Shown: positions 1 through 8,325 of the stretch, in pieces
Layout of the letters: each line of letters starts with the position of its first letter
Numbering within the stretch: the first letter of the stretch is position 1
Virus record (IMG/VR): IMGVR_UViG_3300047189_000007
Span: 1-51,436 of that record
Length of the DNA stretch: 51,436 nt
Direction: 5' to 3' (one strand)
Origin: a virus
Taxonomy: Duplodnaviria; Caudoviricetes
Program-made: the position numbers and the translations under genes
The notes under the pieces: generated by a model
Seen by the model: the letters and a program-made list of their open reading frames with translations, nothing else
Database searches by the model: none
What the model was told of the DNA's origin: nothing

Positions 1-559
1 GTGCACCTGCCACAATGTGTGTCTTATCTATTGGAATCTTTGGACTTACAGAGTGTTGATACGCCTTGCGTATATCATAGACGGACGGGCCGAACAGCTT
101 CCAATCATGATTGATTGCTTGTGGATGGTATGTGGGAACTACCTTTAAGCCAGGTACAAGGGTAGACTCCGTCACATATCCTCTTGTTCCTTTAATAGCT
201 TTCACACCAGTTAGTGTCCACATAGCATACGAGCCAAGAGCTACAACTACATTAGGCCTGTTCGCTTCAAGCTCTTGACGCAGTGATTCAACCCATGCTA
301 CCATTTCAGGCTTTGGTATTGTGCACTTGCTATCATGAAAGTAATGACTCATGTCATTAGCTGGAGGGCGCTGAAGTGCAACGTTTCTGATGCGTACTTC
401 TCGCCTATTGATTCCAACCTGTGATAGAACTAAGTCGAAGACCTTCCCGGCTCCCTTTATGTTATCAAAAGGTCGGCCAGTTCTGTCCTCAACCTCCCCA
501 GGAGCTTCTCCCACAAAGAACATCTTACTACCAACAGGACCTACTGTCTTAACCAGCAT
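1..559 (-). CDS. Partial duplicate: N-terminal UDG-like part of the DNA polymerase (runs off the window edge)
   Basis: Copy of 50419-50977; GEAPG and PTYHP motifs. Confidence 0.9.
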   Translation of the reverse strand, partial: MLVKTVGPVGSKMFFVGEAPGEVEDRTGRPFDNIKGAGKVFDLVLSQVGINRREVRIRNVALQRPPANDMSHYFHDSKCTIPKPEMVAWVESLRQELEANRPNVVVALGSYAMWTLTGVKAIKGTRGYVTESTLVPGLKVVPTYHPQAINHDWKLFGPSVYDIRKAYQHSVSPKIPIDKTHIVAGA

Positions 560-568
560 GTTGCCTCC

Positions 569-826
569 TTACGAGTTCGGCTTTATTTCAATAGTAGAAT
601 CTGTTTGGATTGATTTGAGCATCTCAACCATGTCGTATACTGCCTTGCACTTAGTACACATAGCACAAGGTACAGGCAATAGACTTGGATGCCCATCCGG
701 AGAGTAGATAGCTGGTAGTATACGGAACATTACCACCTGCTCAAAGACCTTGCCTTCACATGTACAGATAACAATCTTAAGATCATTCACATCAACGTTG
801 ATATTTGCTACTTGTTGCTTTCCCAT
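569..826 (-). CDS. Small putative Zn-binding protein
   Basis: CxC and CxxCxxC clusters; RBS GGAG before ATG 826; duplicated at 50987-51244. Confidence 0.75.
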   Translation of the reverse strand: MGKQQVANINVDVNDLKIVICTCEGKVFEQVVMFRILPAIYSPDGHPSLLPVPCAMCTKCKAVYDMVEMLKSIQTDSTIEIKPNS

Positions 827-827
827 C

Positions 828-2189
828 TCATTCTCCCTTCGCTTTGATATAATCAATCAGTCTCTTCTGTGCTGTTGCGTAAGACTCAATGCCCTTATCA
901 CATCCTATAGGATATAGATTGAGCTCAAGTGCTGCTTGCAGCGTAGCTCCACTACCCATGAAGCAATCATATACAACAGCTCCTGCCATTGTCACTCTGC
1001 TTAGAAGCTCCTTTAGCATAGGCACAGGCTTCTCTGCCTGATGCAAACGCAGTGATGGTATGACGTTGGGATGTTGAATCCAATCAACCTTGCCTGGTAC
1101 TACGATCTGAGAATCTATTCGTCTTGCAAACAGCATGGATTCATAACCAGCAGACATCCACTTATCTGGGGCATTGTTCTGACCGGATTCATTCTTGATC
1201 CAGATGATTGGTCTCTGTGAGCAGTCCCATCCATACTGCTCAAACATAGCCCTGACAATCCAGAAGTAACTGATAGCGCAAAACACGAAGGCAAAGCCGT
1301 CCTTTCGAACAACTCGAATAGATTCCTCTGCTATCTTGCCAATCACCATCATTGCTGCTTCGAAATCATCATCATACTTGAAGCCAGATGTTGTAACGGC
1401 ACTTCCGCTGTGCCCTCCAATGCCAATGGTGACATCATGTATATCTATACCATACGGAGGATCAATCATCAGTACATGAACACTTTCATCTGCTAAAGTC
1501 TTTATATGTTCTTCAGCTTTCATATGGTATACTTCAAACTTAACCTTGCTTGTTCGAACCCTTTCTTCATACTCACCAAGTGCGTTGACAGTCTGACTAA
1601 TACGAGCCAAACCCTTCATTGCCTTCCTTATCTCAGACTTTGTTTTACATCCAGTAAGGACAGGAAAATCTGCAAGAGCTTGAGCTAGTGCCAGGTCATC
1701 CATGATGGAGGTTCGTGTACGTCCTACTGTTTCAGCGGTATCTTCCATTGTCCAGCCACCGCCCCTATTATCACCTTGGATAGGCTCACCGTGTACGAGC
1801 TGCTTGATACGATGCAGTTCCTGGATGGCTAGTATTTCTTCCGCTGGTGTCAACGCCTTGCGCTGAATGTTCTCCTCAAGTTCCATCTCCCTCATAAGAA
1901 GTGGATCTGTTGTGTCTGTGAATACAACCTTGACATCGAGGCCAGCCTCTATACAAGCTGCTAGTCTCCTCCCTCCCGCAACAAGATCCATAGCACGAGT
2001 GCATAGCACAGGCTGCATCTGACCATACTTTGCAAATGAAGCAGCAAGATCTTTAATCTTGCCCATTTCTTTTCTGAGTCTTGGCAGTTCATCCTTCACA
2101 TGAATTTCTGATGGCTTAACAACACAGTATGGTATCAGTGTATTACCGACAGCGTATGCAGTTCCATCTTCTGATGTATCCATTCCCAT
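828..2189 (-). CDS. ParB-like N-terminal domain fused to DNA N6-adenine/N4-cytosine methyltransferase (beta class)
   Basis: ParB motifs QPVL..LVAGGRRLAA and ELEENIQR, HTH-like middle, then catalytic DPPY and SAM-binding DCFMGSG. Confidence 0.9.
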   Translation of the reverse strand: MGMDTSEDGTAYAVGNTLIPYCVVKPSEIHVKDELPRLRKEMGKIKDLAASFAKYGQMQPVLCTRAMDLVAGGRRLAACIEAGLDVKVVFTDTTDPLLMREMELEENIQRKALTPAEEILAIQELHRIKQLVHGEPIQGDNRGGGWTMEDTAETVGRTRTSIMDDLALAQALADFPVLTGCKTKSEIRKAMKGLARISQTVNALGEYEERVRTSKVKFEVYHMKAEEHIKTLADESVHVLMIDPPYGIDIHDVTIGIGGHSGSAVTTSGFKYDDDFEAAMMVIGKIAEESIRVVRKDGFAFVFCAISYFWIVRAMFEQYGWDCSQRPIIWIKNESGQNNAPDKWMSAGYESMLFARRIDSQIVVPGKVDWIQHPNVIPSLRLHQAEKPVPMLKELLSRVTMAGAVVYDCFMGSGATLQAALELNLYPIGCDKGIESYATAQKRLIDYIKAKGE

Positions 2190-2198
2190 TTAGTCCTC

Positions 2199-2438
2199 CT
2201 ATTGCCGCATTGCTTTGAGATCTTTAGCTGTAAGTCCAAGGGACTTTAGAATTGCCTTTTCTTCGGCAGACAGGACAGGCACACCGGTTTTCCTCTTCGC
2301 TGGCTTTTCCCCATCGAAGTCAAAATTTGACATTGATTGTATGTCATTCACTCGTTTTATTCGAGCTTCTTCTACACTTGCTACTAAAGCCTCGTGGGTG
2401 AGGCTGAGTACGTTGATTCTCATATTTTCAAGTCTCAT
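2199..2438 (-). CDS. Hypothetical protein
   Basis: ORF with AAGGAG RBS; contains one copy of the dispersed palindrome. Confidence 0.7.
   Translation of the reverse strand: MRLENMRINVLSLTHEALVASVEEARIKRVNDIQSMSNFDFDGEKPAKRKTGVPVLSAEEKAILKSLGLTAKDLKAMRQ
2312..2336. repeat. Dispersed 25-bp palindrome, copy 1 (intragenic)
   Basis: CATCGAAGTCA AAATT TGACATTGA. Confidence 0.85.
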
Positions 2439-2449
2439 AGATATCTCCT

Positions 2450-2614
2450 TTACGAGTGCACAGACTCATTTATTTCACTTAATGCTTTTGTGATTGCTTG
2501 TTCAAGCAAAATAATAAATGGTCTTTCTGCCTTCACATACAGTTTAAGAGTTGCTTCACACCACGTACCAGGATTATCTGCTGGCTCACTTTTTACTATC
2601 AGTTTAACATTCAT
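2450..2614 (-). CDS. Hypothetical 54-aa protein (not in ORF track)
   Basis: AAGGAG RBS, MNVKLIVKSEP...; stop abuts the RBS of the next gene. Confidence 0.6.
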   Translation of the reverse strand: MNVKLIVKSEPADNPGTWCEATLKLYVKAERPFIILLEQAITKALSEINESVHS

Positions 2615-2633
2615 AATATCTCCTTTAAATGAA

Positions 2634-2747
2634 GGCGGTTATGTATCTCTGCGTTCGACACGACCAACACTGCATCGCTCGGTTTCCAGTGAGCGAAACG
2701 CTCCACACCCGAATCCGCACCGACTTTCACGGGAGCAAATAACCGCC
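2634..2747 (-). ncRNA. Putative multi-stem structured RNA
   Basis: 9-bp closing stem GGCGGTTAT/ATAACCGCC; internal stems GCTCC/GGAGC and TCGCTC/GAGCGA; a third stem with G-U pairs on the minus strand. Confidence 0.5.
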
Positions 2748-2796
2748 AAGCTCTATAAAGCAGCCGACACTGCACTGCCAAGGGTAGTACCAAGCG

Positions 2797-2949
2797 CTAC
2801 CCTTTACGCTCCTTTACCTCCTGCCATGCCTGCGCAGCATGTGCTAGGTTCGATGCTGCTTGTGTGAATTTCAGTGCATCATCCGACTTTACATCGCTAT
2901 TGATCTTAGCACACAGCACCTTTATTGCTTTTTCAATTGCAATCTTCAT
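2797..2949 (-). CDS. Hypothetical 50-aa protein (not in ORF track)
   Basis: GGAGG RBS, MKIAIEKAIKVLCAKINSDVKSDDALKFTQAASNLAHAAQAWQEVKERKG; stop lies in an 8-bp hairpin. Confidence 0.7.
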   Translation of the reverse strand: MKIAIEKAIKVLCAKINSDVKSDDALKFTQAASNLAHAAQAWQEVKERKG

Positions 2950-3122
2950 TGGGTTCTACCTCCAATTTTAATAAGCTTTTGGGTTCGAGGGCTGACCCTA
3001 CACACCCAGCACTCAGTTCTGAGCACTCATCATCGGACCGTTAGTCCGTTTGCTTACACGGGCCACAGCCGTGTGCATATATAGTTTATGTATCGCGATG
3101 CTGCCTCCTTTCCTATAGTTAT

Positions 3123-3644
3123 TTATATCTCAATCCTTATAATCTTTGGAATGTGCTCAGCCTTGACATCCTTGACATACTGAACCAGTCTGGTGCCACA
3201 GTACCGCATCTCTGCAACGACCTTATCAAAGAATTCCTTATCAAGAAAAGCACCCACAGCTACAACAGCTTGCAGATTTGAAACCCAAACACTACCATCT
3301 CCCTTTCTGGTCATACGGTGAGTATCCATTGAGTATCTTCTCTCTACCTCGCAGCCGTGTTTCTGCCTGATATCTCCGTAGTTCATGAAGTTTTCAAGCG
3401 CAACTATACGTACTTGAGGATGGCAATCCTGGCACACTATGGTAGCCACCTTGTGTTCAGATGGTTTCTTGACCTTATTGATGGCCAGTGGAGATGGCTG
3501 CTTATAATTGAAGAAGTTCCACATCAGCTCATCAAATGGATCAAACCTGAATTTCTTACCTGGCTCAGTTGTACTGCCTTTAGTAAAAAAGGTAGTCTTT
3601 CCTATACCTGGAACACCTATTAATTTTATCTTCCTCTTGCTCAT
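3123..3644 (-). CDS. Hypothetical protein
   Basis: AAAGGAGAG RBS before ATG 3644 (MSKRKIKLIGVPGIGKT; Walker-A-like but no further NTPase motifs seen). Confidence 0.7.
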   Translation of the reverse strand: MSKRKIKLIGVPGIGKTTFFTKGSTTEPGKKFRFDPFDELMWNFFNYKQPSPLAINKVKKPSEHKVATIVCQDCHPQVRIVALENFMNYGDIRQKHGCEVERRYSMDTHRMTRKGDGSVWVSNLQAVVAVGAFLDKEFFDKVVAEMRYCGTRLVQYVKDVKAEHIPKIIRIEI

Positions 3645-3669
3645 GTATACTCTCCTTTCATTAGTAAAA

Positions 3670-3840
3670 GGGGTGGGAGCCAGAACACTGTGATGGCAGA
3701 TCATCCAGGTGACCATCAGGCAGATAGACCCTTCGATCTTTTTATCCCACCCCAAAACGGAAGCAACTTCTACTTCGAGTAGAGCCTTGATAGACTGGCC
3801 GTCATACAAGCGGCGATTTCACTCAACAGTTCTCTCCCGT
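3670..3840 (-). ncRNA. Two tandem structured RNA domains in an intergenic region
   Basis: Closing stems ACGGGAG/CTTCCGT (3757-3840) and GGGGTGGGA/TCCCACCCC (3670-3753), each with internal hairpins; followed by a T-tract. Confidence 0.45.
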
Positions 3841-4181
3841 TTATAGTTGACATCTGGCAGCAATACCGGTAAGCTCCAGTGTTAGTTCCTTAATGCGTCT
3901 TGTCTTGACGCGTAGGATGTCTGCCATATCGGATAGATCTATTGTTAAATCAGCATCCTTTGCGACCTTGTCTGTTGCCGATGGAGGTTGTGGTCCAAGT
4001 ATGGGCATAAACACTGTTAATACAGTATTAACTGTCTCGCCCAGTATATTAATAGCCTGTTCCATACGATCCAACTGGTCAGATATAGGTCCTGAGTGTG
4101 TCGGCTTTCCAGCGCAATTTACTTCCGTCTTTCCTGTCCTCTCTCTCTATCAGCGCGTACTGCCATTTCTGAGCTATGCAT
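3841..4181 (-). CDS. Hypothetical protein, apparently frameshifted in an (AG)n run
   Basis: Strong RBS AAAGGAGG before ATG 4181 gives 20 aa; removing one AG unit joins it to 3841-4074. Confidence 0.45.
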
Positions 4182-4198
4182 GATTCCTCCTTTCGATA

Positions 4199-4236
4199 TA
4201 GGAGTGGGAGTCCCCATTCAAAAACTCCCACTCCTA
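4199..4236. other. Perfect 13-bp hairpin (processing site or terminator)
   Basis: TAGGAGTGGGAGT-N12-ACTCCCACTCCTA downstream of the SSB-like gene. Confidence 0.6.
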
Positions 4237-4267
4237 TTAGCACGTATGCACATTGCTCCGTGCTACA

Positions 4268-4831
4268 TTAGTTTGCTACCATCTCAGAGATCTGATTGCT
4301 TAGACGAGTCTGGTACTCTCTGATCTCGACTGCCACGATGACAGATATTCCGATCCACTCTGCGTTCATGAGCGCTTCCTTGATAAGCTCCGGCTCAGAC
4401 ATATTGATCTTCATCTTTTTGGAGAACTCCTGGATCATGTTGATCTTTGCCTGGCGCTTTGTCATCTTGCCAGTCTTTGTACGAAGATTCTCATCCCCCT
4501 TCTTGGGAAACCAGTTCTTGTACTGCAAGACGACACCGTCGACAGGTGTTTCATTGTCTGACATCATGATGTCCTCTTCAGCGTGCAGCGTAACGTCCCA
4601 GACTATGGCATTGTCTGCTGCGCTGAAGGTAACGTTCGTGGTGAAGCCTCCGTATCTTCCACCTGGAACTAAAGGAGGAATCTTGTACTCATCATCCACG
4701 TTGAAGTCAGTCTCGAACTTGATGTCTCCTGGCTCTGCAGGAGCCGCCAGCTCATCATGTACTTCCTCCCCTGTAGGCTCATCTACCTCAGCCGGAGGCG
4801 GTAGTGTCTGCTGCGATTGCTTCTTTGCCAT
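4268..4831 (-). CDS. Putative single-stranded DNA-binding protein (DUF669-like)
   Basis: PLVPGGRY motif, beta-rich core, position directly after a Sak4-like ATPase. Confidence 0.6.
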   Translation of the reverse strand: MAKKQSQQTLPPPAEVDEPTGEEVHDELAAPAEPGDIKFETDFNVDDEYKIPPLVPGGRYGGFTTNVTFSAADNAIVWDVTLHAEEDIMMSDNETPVDGVVLQYKNWFPKKGDENLRTKTGKMTKRQAKINMIQEFSKKMKINMSEPELIKEALMNAEWIGISVIVAVEIREYQTRLSNQISEMVAN

Positions 4832-5660
4832 TTTTAGTCTCCTTCTTCTTAGTTGTGGTCGTCGGACTTGGTTGTGCCGTCGGACTTGGTTTGGCTTCTT
4901 TCTTCCTCTTCCCTGTGAGATAATCAAACAGAACATTGAAGTCATTAGGTAGAAGATCCGGTAGAGTGCGTAGCTTTCCAGACATCCTTGACCGAGCTTG
5001 ATTCCAGCCCATAGGAACTGTCTGCATCAACCACTTTGTATCCCCTCCTTCCCTCTTAGTGGTGTGATAATATACTTCATCGAAGTATCCTGGAATGATA
5101 ACAGGCAATGCTCCAGTTAGCATAGGCTCTACTCCTACTACGTTGCCTGACTCTTTATCAGTAATCACATGAAGATGCGCAATGAAGTGGATATTGCAGT
5201 TCAAATTCATAAGCTGCCTTAGGCGCCCCTCCATTAGATGCCTGACCATCGTGTAGTGGATATTCCAAACTGGTCCTCCAACATCACTGCGCTTTGGGTC
5301 CATCTGGAGTGCTCGATCCATACACACAGCTGTCATAGCACTGAGATCATCTATGATTACTGATACGTACTGCCTTGGAAATTGCTCCTTTTTCTCGTTG
5401 GGAAAACTCTTGCCTTCCTTGAAGCACTTGATGAATGTGGCAAGATCCTTCTCGAACTTCGTCCATCCGATTGAACTGTTAGCATACTGTTCATAGTCGA
5501 ATGGGAGGCCCTTGTATGAGATGATGCTCTGAGCGAAGTCAAACACAAAGCCAGGTGTTGGGAAGGTACTCCCAAATATACTCTTTCCTGTGCCTGGAGC
5601 ACCCACAGACATCACCTTGATCCACTCTGTACTGACAGTCACATCCATTGCCGATGGCAT
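4788..5660 (-). CDS. AAA_24/Sak4-like ATPase (ssDNA-annealing recombinase)
   Basis: Walker A GAPGTGKS, Walker B VIIDDLS, FIAH and FDEVYY motifs, ARSR arginine finger. Confidence 0.8.
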   Translation of the reverse strand: MPSAMDVTVSTEWIKVMSVGAPGTGKSIFGSTFPTPGFVFDFAQSIISYKGLPFDYEQYANSSIGWTKFEKDLATFIKCFKEGKSFPNEKKEQFPRQYVSVIIDDLSAMTAVCMDRALQMDPKRSDVGGPVWNIHYTMVRHLMEGRLRQLMNLNCNIHFIAHLHVITDKESGNVVGVEPMLTGALPVIIPGYFDEVYYHTTKREGGDTKWLMQTVPMGWNQARSRMSGKLRTLPDLLPNDFNVLFDYLTGKRKKEAKPSPTAQPSPTTTTKKKETKNGKEAIAADTTASG

Positions 5661-5662
5661 AG

Positions 5663-5863
5663 TCACACCTCCGGTGCTAGGACACACTCAGCACATCTGG
5701 TGCCAATCATAGCAGCATTATCAGAAACCTGAACAACCAGTCGCGTCTGAAAAAGCGAACAGAATGCAAGATCTTCATCGAAGTAATCACAGATGTCTGC
5801 GCATTTTGTTGGTTGCTCGCCATCAACCTCAATCTCTGCAGTTACAGTAATATTCTTTGTCAT
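5663..5863 (-). CDS. Small Cys-rich protein
   Basis: CxxxC, C and CxxC; AAGGAGG RBS. Confidence 0.65.
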   Translation of the reverse strand: MTKNITVTAEIEVDGEQPTKCADICDYFDEDLAFCSLFQTRLVVQVSDNAAMIGTRCAECVLAPEV

Positions 5864-5873
5864 GTCATCCTCC

Positions 5874-5957
5874 TTATTTAAGTAGTGTGTAGATAACTGT
5901 GCATACAAGCACAATAAAGATCAGCCAGCCGATGTAGTTCTTTGATTCATCAGTCAT
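5874..5957 (-). CDS. 27-aa single-TM peptide (not in ORF track)
   Basis: MTDESKNYIGWLIFIVLVCTVIYTLLK; GAGGAG RBS. Confidence 0.5.
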   Translation of the reverse strand: MTDESKNYIGWLIFIVLVCTVIYTLLK

Positions 5958-6849
5958 CGGCAACCATCTCCTCTCTGTCGTCTGGTACAATGACAAATCC
6001 TGGCATGGTCATGAATCTGTCAATGTCCCACTTTGGATAATCACAGAGAGGAAGATATTCACAAGCTCGATTGAAATTGTAGCAGCTCGCATACTCTGGT
6101 GGCCATCCAGCTTTCTCTGCTACCAGCAGCTTATGTGTACTCCAGATGACATACTGCCGCCATTGGTTAAAATCATGGCTGCCAAAGATCTGAGGACTAT
6201 TAAGGAAGTCAATCGTCAGCTCCCCATACTCTCCTGTTTTCTTGGACTTGGAGGCTTTAAGCTGATGATAGTAGCAGAATGTTCCGGTGACCTCTGGGAT
6301 TTTATCTTGTGCTACAAACTGATATCCCATGAGTTGTGAAAGGCGCCTGAGTTTACTCACGATGTAAGGAAGGTCAACTGAGGTAGTCTTGAAGTCAACC
6401 ACCCAGATCATCCCATCAATCTCCAGCATGAGATCGATTACCACTACGAAGTTTATACTGAAGGCTCCGTACACAGTCTTCTCGCTTTTTGTTAGCGTTA
6501 TCTCCATAGTGAGAGTATTCTCTGGCATACCAATAACCTTGACATTATCAGCTGCGTATCGGTCATTGTACTGACCAAGCGAAGTCAATAGGTTATCAAG
6601 CGTTCGGTAGTCTGGCAAGAACTTCTGAATGGTGGGTTTCTTCCAGTAGTTAGCGGCAGCCTCAATAGCTTTCACGATATTTCTGTCGTTGGAATAGTAG
6701 CCTTCCATCCCTCTGTGATAACCACTGCCATATCGTATAGCTGTGCTGCCGATCTCTGGGTACAGACGAAGTTTTCTTGAGAACAGCGCTTTGCGTGGAC
6801 ACTGCTCACCTTGATTGATTGCTGAATGTGACATTCTGATAGGTTCCAT
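5950..6849 (-). CDS. PD-(D/E)XK exonuclease, Cas4/RecB-like
   Basis: N-terminal CPR, IDL...VVDFKT, QLMGY, and three C-terminal Cys (Fe-S staple pattern). Confidence 0.85.
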   Translation of the reverse strand: MEPIRMSHSAINQGEQCPRKALFSRKLRLYPEIGSTAIRYGSGYHRGMEGYYSNDRNIVKAIEAAANYWKKPTIQKFLPDYRTLDNLLTSLGQYNDRYAADNVKVIGMPENTLTMEITLTKSEKTVYGAFSINFVVVIDLMLEIDGMIWVVDFKTTSVDLPYIVSKLRRLSQLMGYQFVAQDKIPEVTGTFCYYHQLKASKSKKTGEYGELTIDFLNSPQIFGSHDFNQWRQYVIWSTHKLLVAEKAGWPPEYASCYNFNRACEYLPLCDYPKWDIDRFMTMPGFVIVPDDREEMVADD

Positions 6850-6873
6850 CTATTCTCTCCTTTCGATGGGCAT

Positions 6874-6926
6874 AAAAAAGGCTCTGCTAGTGCAGGCAAG
6901 GCAGATAACCTGCACCAACAAAGCCT
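6874..6926 (-). terminator. Long-stem intrinsic terminator or RNase III-type site
   Basis: 18-bp stem with 3 G-U pairs on the minus strand, followed by a T-run. Confidence 0.7.
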
Positions 6927-6934
6927 GGCGGGGA

Positions 6935-7369
6935 TTACTTCTTGGCGCCAACAGCAGGTCCGGCGGCCGGAGTTGCTTTGGGAGCGTTGGGATCGACTGC
7001 CGGAGCCAGCTTGAGGATACCCAGCTTGAGCAACAGCGCACGGGCTGCATCCTGCTCCTTCGGGGGCAGCTTCTCGATTCCGCTTTCGACGGCGGCCAGG
7101 GAGACCTTCTCTCCTGCGGGGCCACGCACTGACCAGTTACCTTCCATCAGTCCCTTCCACACTGCCTTGATGGAAGCCACGGCATCCGGGCCGCTCTCAC
7201 CCGCTGCAGAGTCACCGAGCTTGTGGCCGGCACCGAAAGGCATCAGCTTTGCTTTGATCTCTGCCGGCAACAGGGCGCAGTCGAAGATCATGGTTTCGTT
7301 GGTGACGGCTTCCTTGATAGTGATGACATTACCTTCGATGGATTTGAACAGCTTCTTTTGCTTTGCCAT
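6935..7369 (-). CDS. Hypothetical, probably highly expressed early protein
   Basis: AAGGAG RBS, GC-rich third positions, Ala/Pro/Lys tail, followed by a terminator. Confidence 0.8.
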   Translation of the reverse strand: MAKQKKLFKSIEGNVITIKEAVTNETMIFDCALLPAEIKAKLMPFGAGHKLGDSAAGESGPDAVASIKAVWKGLMEGNWSVRGPAGEKVSLAAVESGIEKLPPKEQDAARALLLKLGILKLAPAVDPNAPKATPAAGPAVGAKK

Positions 7370-7389
7370 AATTCATTTCTCCTTTATGT

Positions 7390-7566
7390 CTAAGTTGTTT
7401 GATTAGAAGATTCCTTACTCCCCGCCTCCGCTTCTTGCTTGCTCTGTTTCAGACGGTCCACAAGAGCTACTTTCACATAGTCACTGATGGACTCATCCTT
7501 ATCTATCGCGTCCTTTCTGACTTCTTTTGCAAGCTCTGTCGGGATACTCGCCTGAATGTGAGCCAT
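7390..7566 (-). CDS. Ribbon-helix-helix (CopG/Arc-like) DNA-binding protein
   Basis: HIQASIP strand, helix, then SISDYVKVAL helix; AAAGGAGG RBS; first gene after a sigma70 promoter. Confidence 0.7.
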   Translation of the reverse strand: MAHIQASIPTELAKEVRKDAIDKDESISDYVKVALVDRLKQSKQEAEAGSKESSNQTT

Positions 7567-7619
7567 GATCGTTACCTCCTTTCCCTCAGTAAACAGTTCA
7601 TCAGTCAATTTGATGTACC

Positions 7620-7648
7620 AGTCTACCATAGTTTTTCGTAGCTGTCAA
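7620..7648 (-). promoter_or_regulatory. Sigma70-type promoter
   Basis: TTGACA-17 bp-TAGACT with extended TG. Confidence 0.75.
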
Positions 7649-7671
7649 CAAGTATTTACTAGCTGACGCGT

Positions 7672-8118
7672 TTATTTTTTAGCTCTTTCTATGAGCTTTG
7701 CCATGTCCTCCCACTTAACAGCATCCCTCTTTTTTAGTTCCTTCTCCATAGCTCCCAGGATCTCTGATGGTGTACATCCTATCACATAGGTTAGTTCTGA
7801 TTCAAATGCCATCTGAGCCATATCACCACTAGGACCTTCAGTGCCCAAGTAGAAGTTCAGCGTATCAGAACTAATAAAGCCTTTTCTGGCCATGAGATTG
7901 ATGGTATTACGTAGATGGTTATCAGTCATCTTAGTAATTGGAATCTCTCTTCCATCTTCAGTTACCCATATCCAGACATTCTTCACCTTCCTGGGAGCTT
8001 TTCTGCTGGTGTGTACGCCGTAACACTCATCCATCAACTCTTCTGGATGCCTTTCATAGTATTCTTCCTCATCAAACATCCCCATGATTGCATCATCAGC
8101 ATGCTCTCCCATAGTCAT
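7672..8118 (-). CDS. Hypothetical phage protein
   Basis: ORF coupled by ATGA overlap; WVTEDGREIPITKMTDNHL segment. Confidence 0.7.
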   Translation of the reverse strand: MTMGEHADDAIMGMFDEEEYYERHPEELMDECYGVHTSRKAPRKVKNVWIWVTEDGREIPITKMTDNHLRNTINLMARKGFISSDTLNFYLGTEGPSGDMAQMAFESELTYVIGCTPSEILGAMEKELKKRDAVKWEDMAKLIERAKK

Positions 8119-8324
8119 CCCCACCCAAGATCCTTTGAGTCTCTAACTGCCTGCTCAGGATCTTTTGATTGCAGTTCACTGCGTCGTTTAATCCAATATT
8201 TTCCAGCTTCACCTACGAAGCGAGCATCACCGGGTGGTGCGAACCTAATCGCTCTTAGAAGCTCATAATGAGTAAGAGCATCTATTTCCGCTTTTCTTTC
8301 TGGAGTCAAATCTCCTTCTGCCAT
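8115..8324 (-). CDS. Hypothetical protein
   Basis: AAAGGAGG RBS before MAEGDLT. Confidence 0.7.
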   Translation of the reverse strand: MAEGDLTPERKAEIDALTHYELLRAIRFAPPGDARFVGEAGKYWIKRRSELQSKDPEQAVRDSKDLGWG

Positions 8325-8325
8325 G

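Larger units (their letters stand above)
1..1018. repeat. Terminal overlap, copy 1 (circular permutation of a ~50,418-bp genome)
   Basis: Matches 50419-51436 without gaps; manual count about 40 substitutions (~96% identity); both ends cut through genes. Confidence 0.97.

Noticed and set aside
1-1018. Diversity-generating retroelement TR/VR pair
   Set aside because: Differences are not adenine-specific, are mostly synonymous, and no reverse transcriptase is present
3670-3753. tRNA-Sec or other tRNA
   Set aside because: No canonical T-loop, 7-nt anticodon loop or CCA end
4861-4897. 18-bp tandem repeat
   Set aside because: Only encodes a low-complexity PSPT linker at the ATPase C-terminus
4296-4952. 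Long antisense ORFs (also 6942-7406, 34101-34754, 41165-41722)
   Set aside because: Shadows of well-supported genes on the opposite strand, without RBS or motifs
5663-5950. Third in-frame TGA (ATG 5950 read through into 5663-5914)
   Set aside because: Another frame encodes a clean RBS-led TM peptide (5874-5957), and the downstream gene has its own RBS at 5863
5950-6849. CRISPR-associated Cas4
   Set aside because: No cas1/cas2 or array; context is a phage Sak4-SSB-exonuclease module
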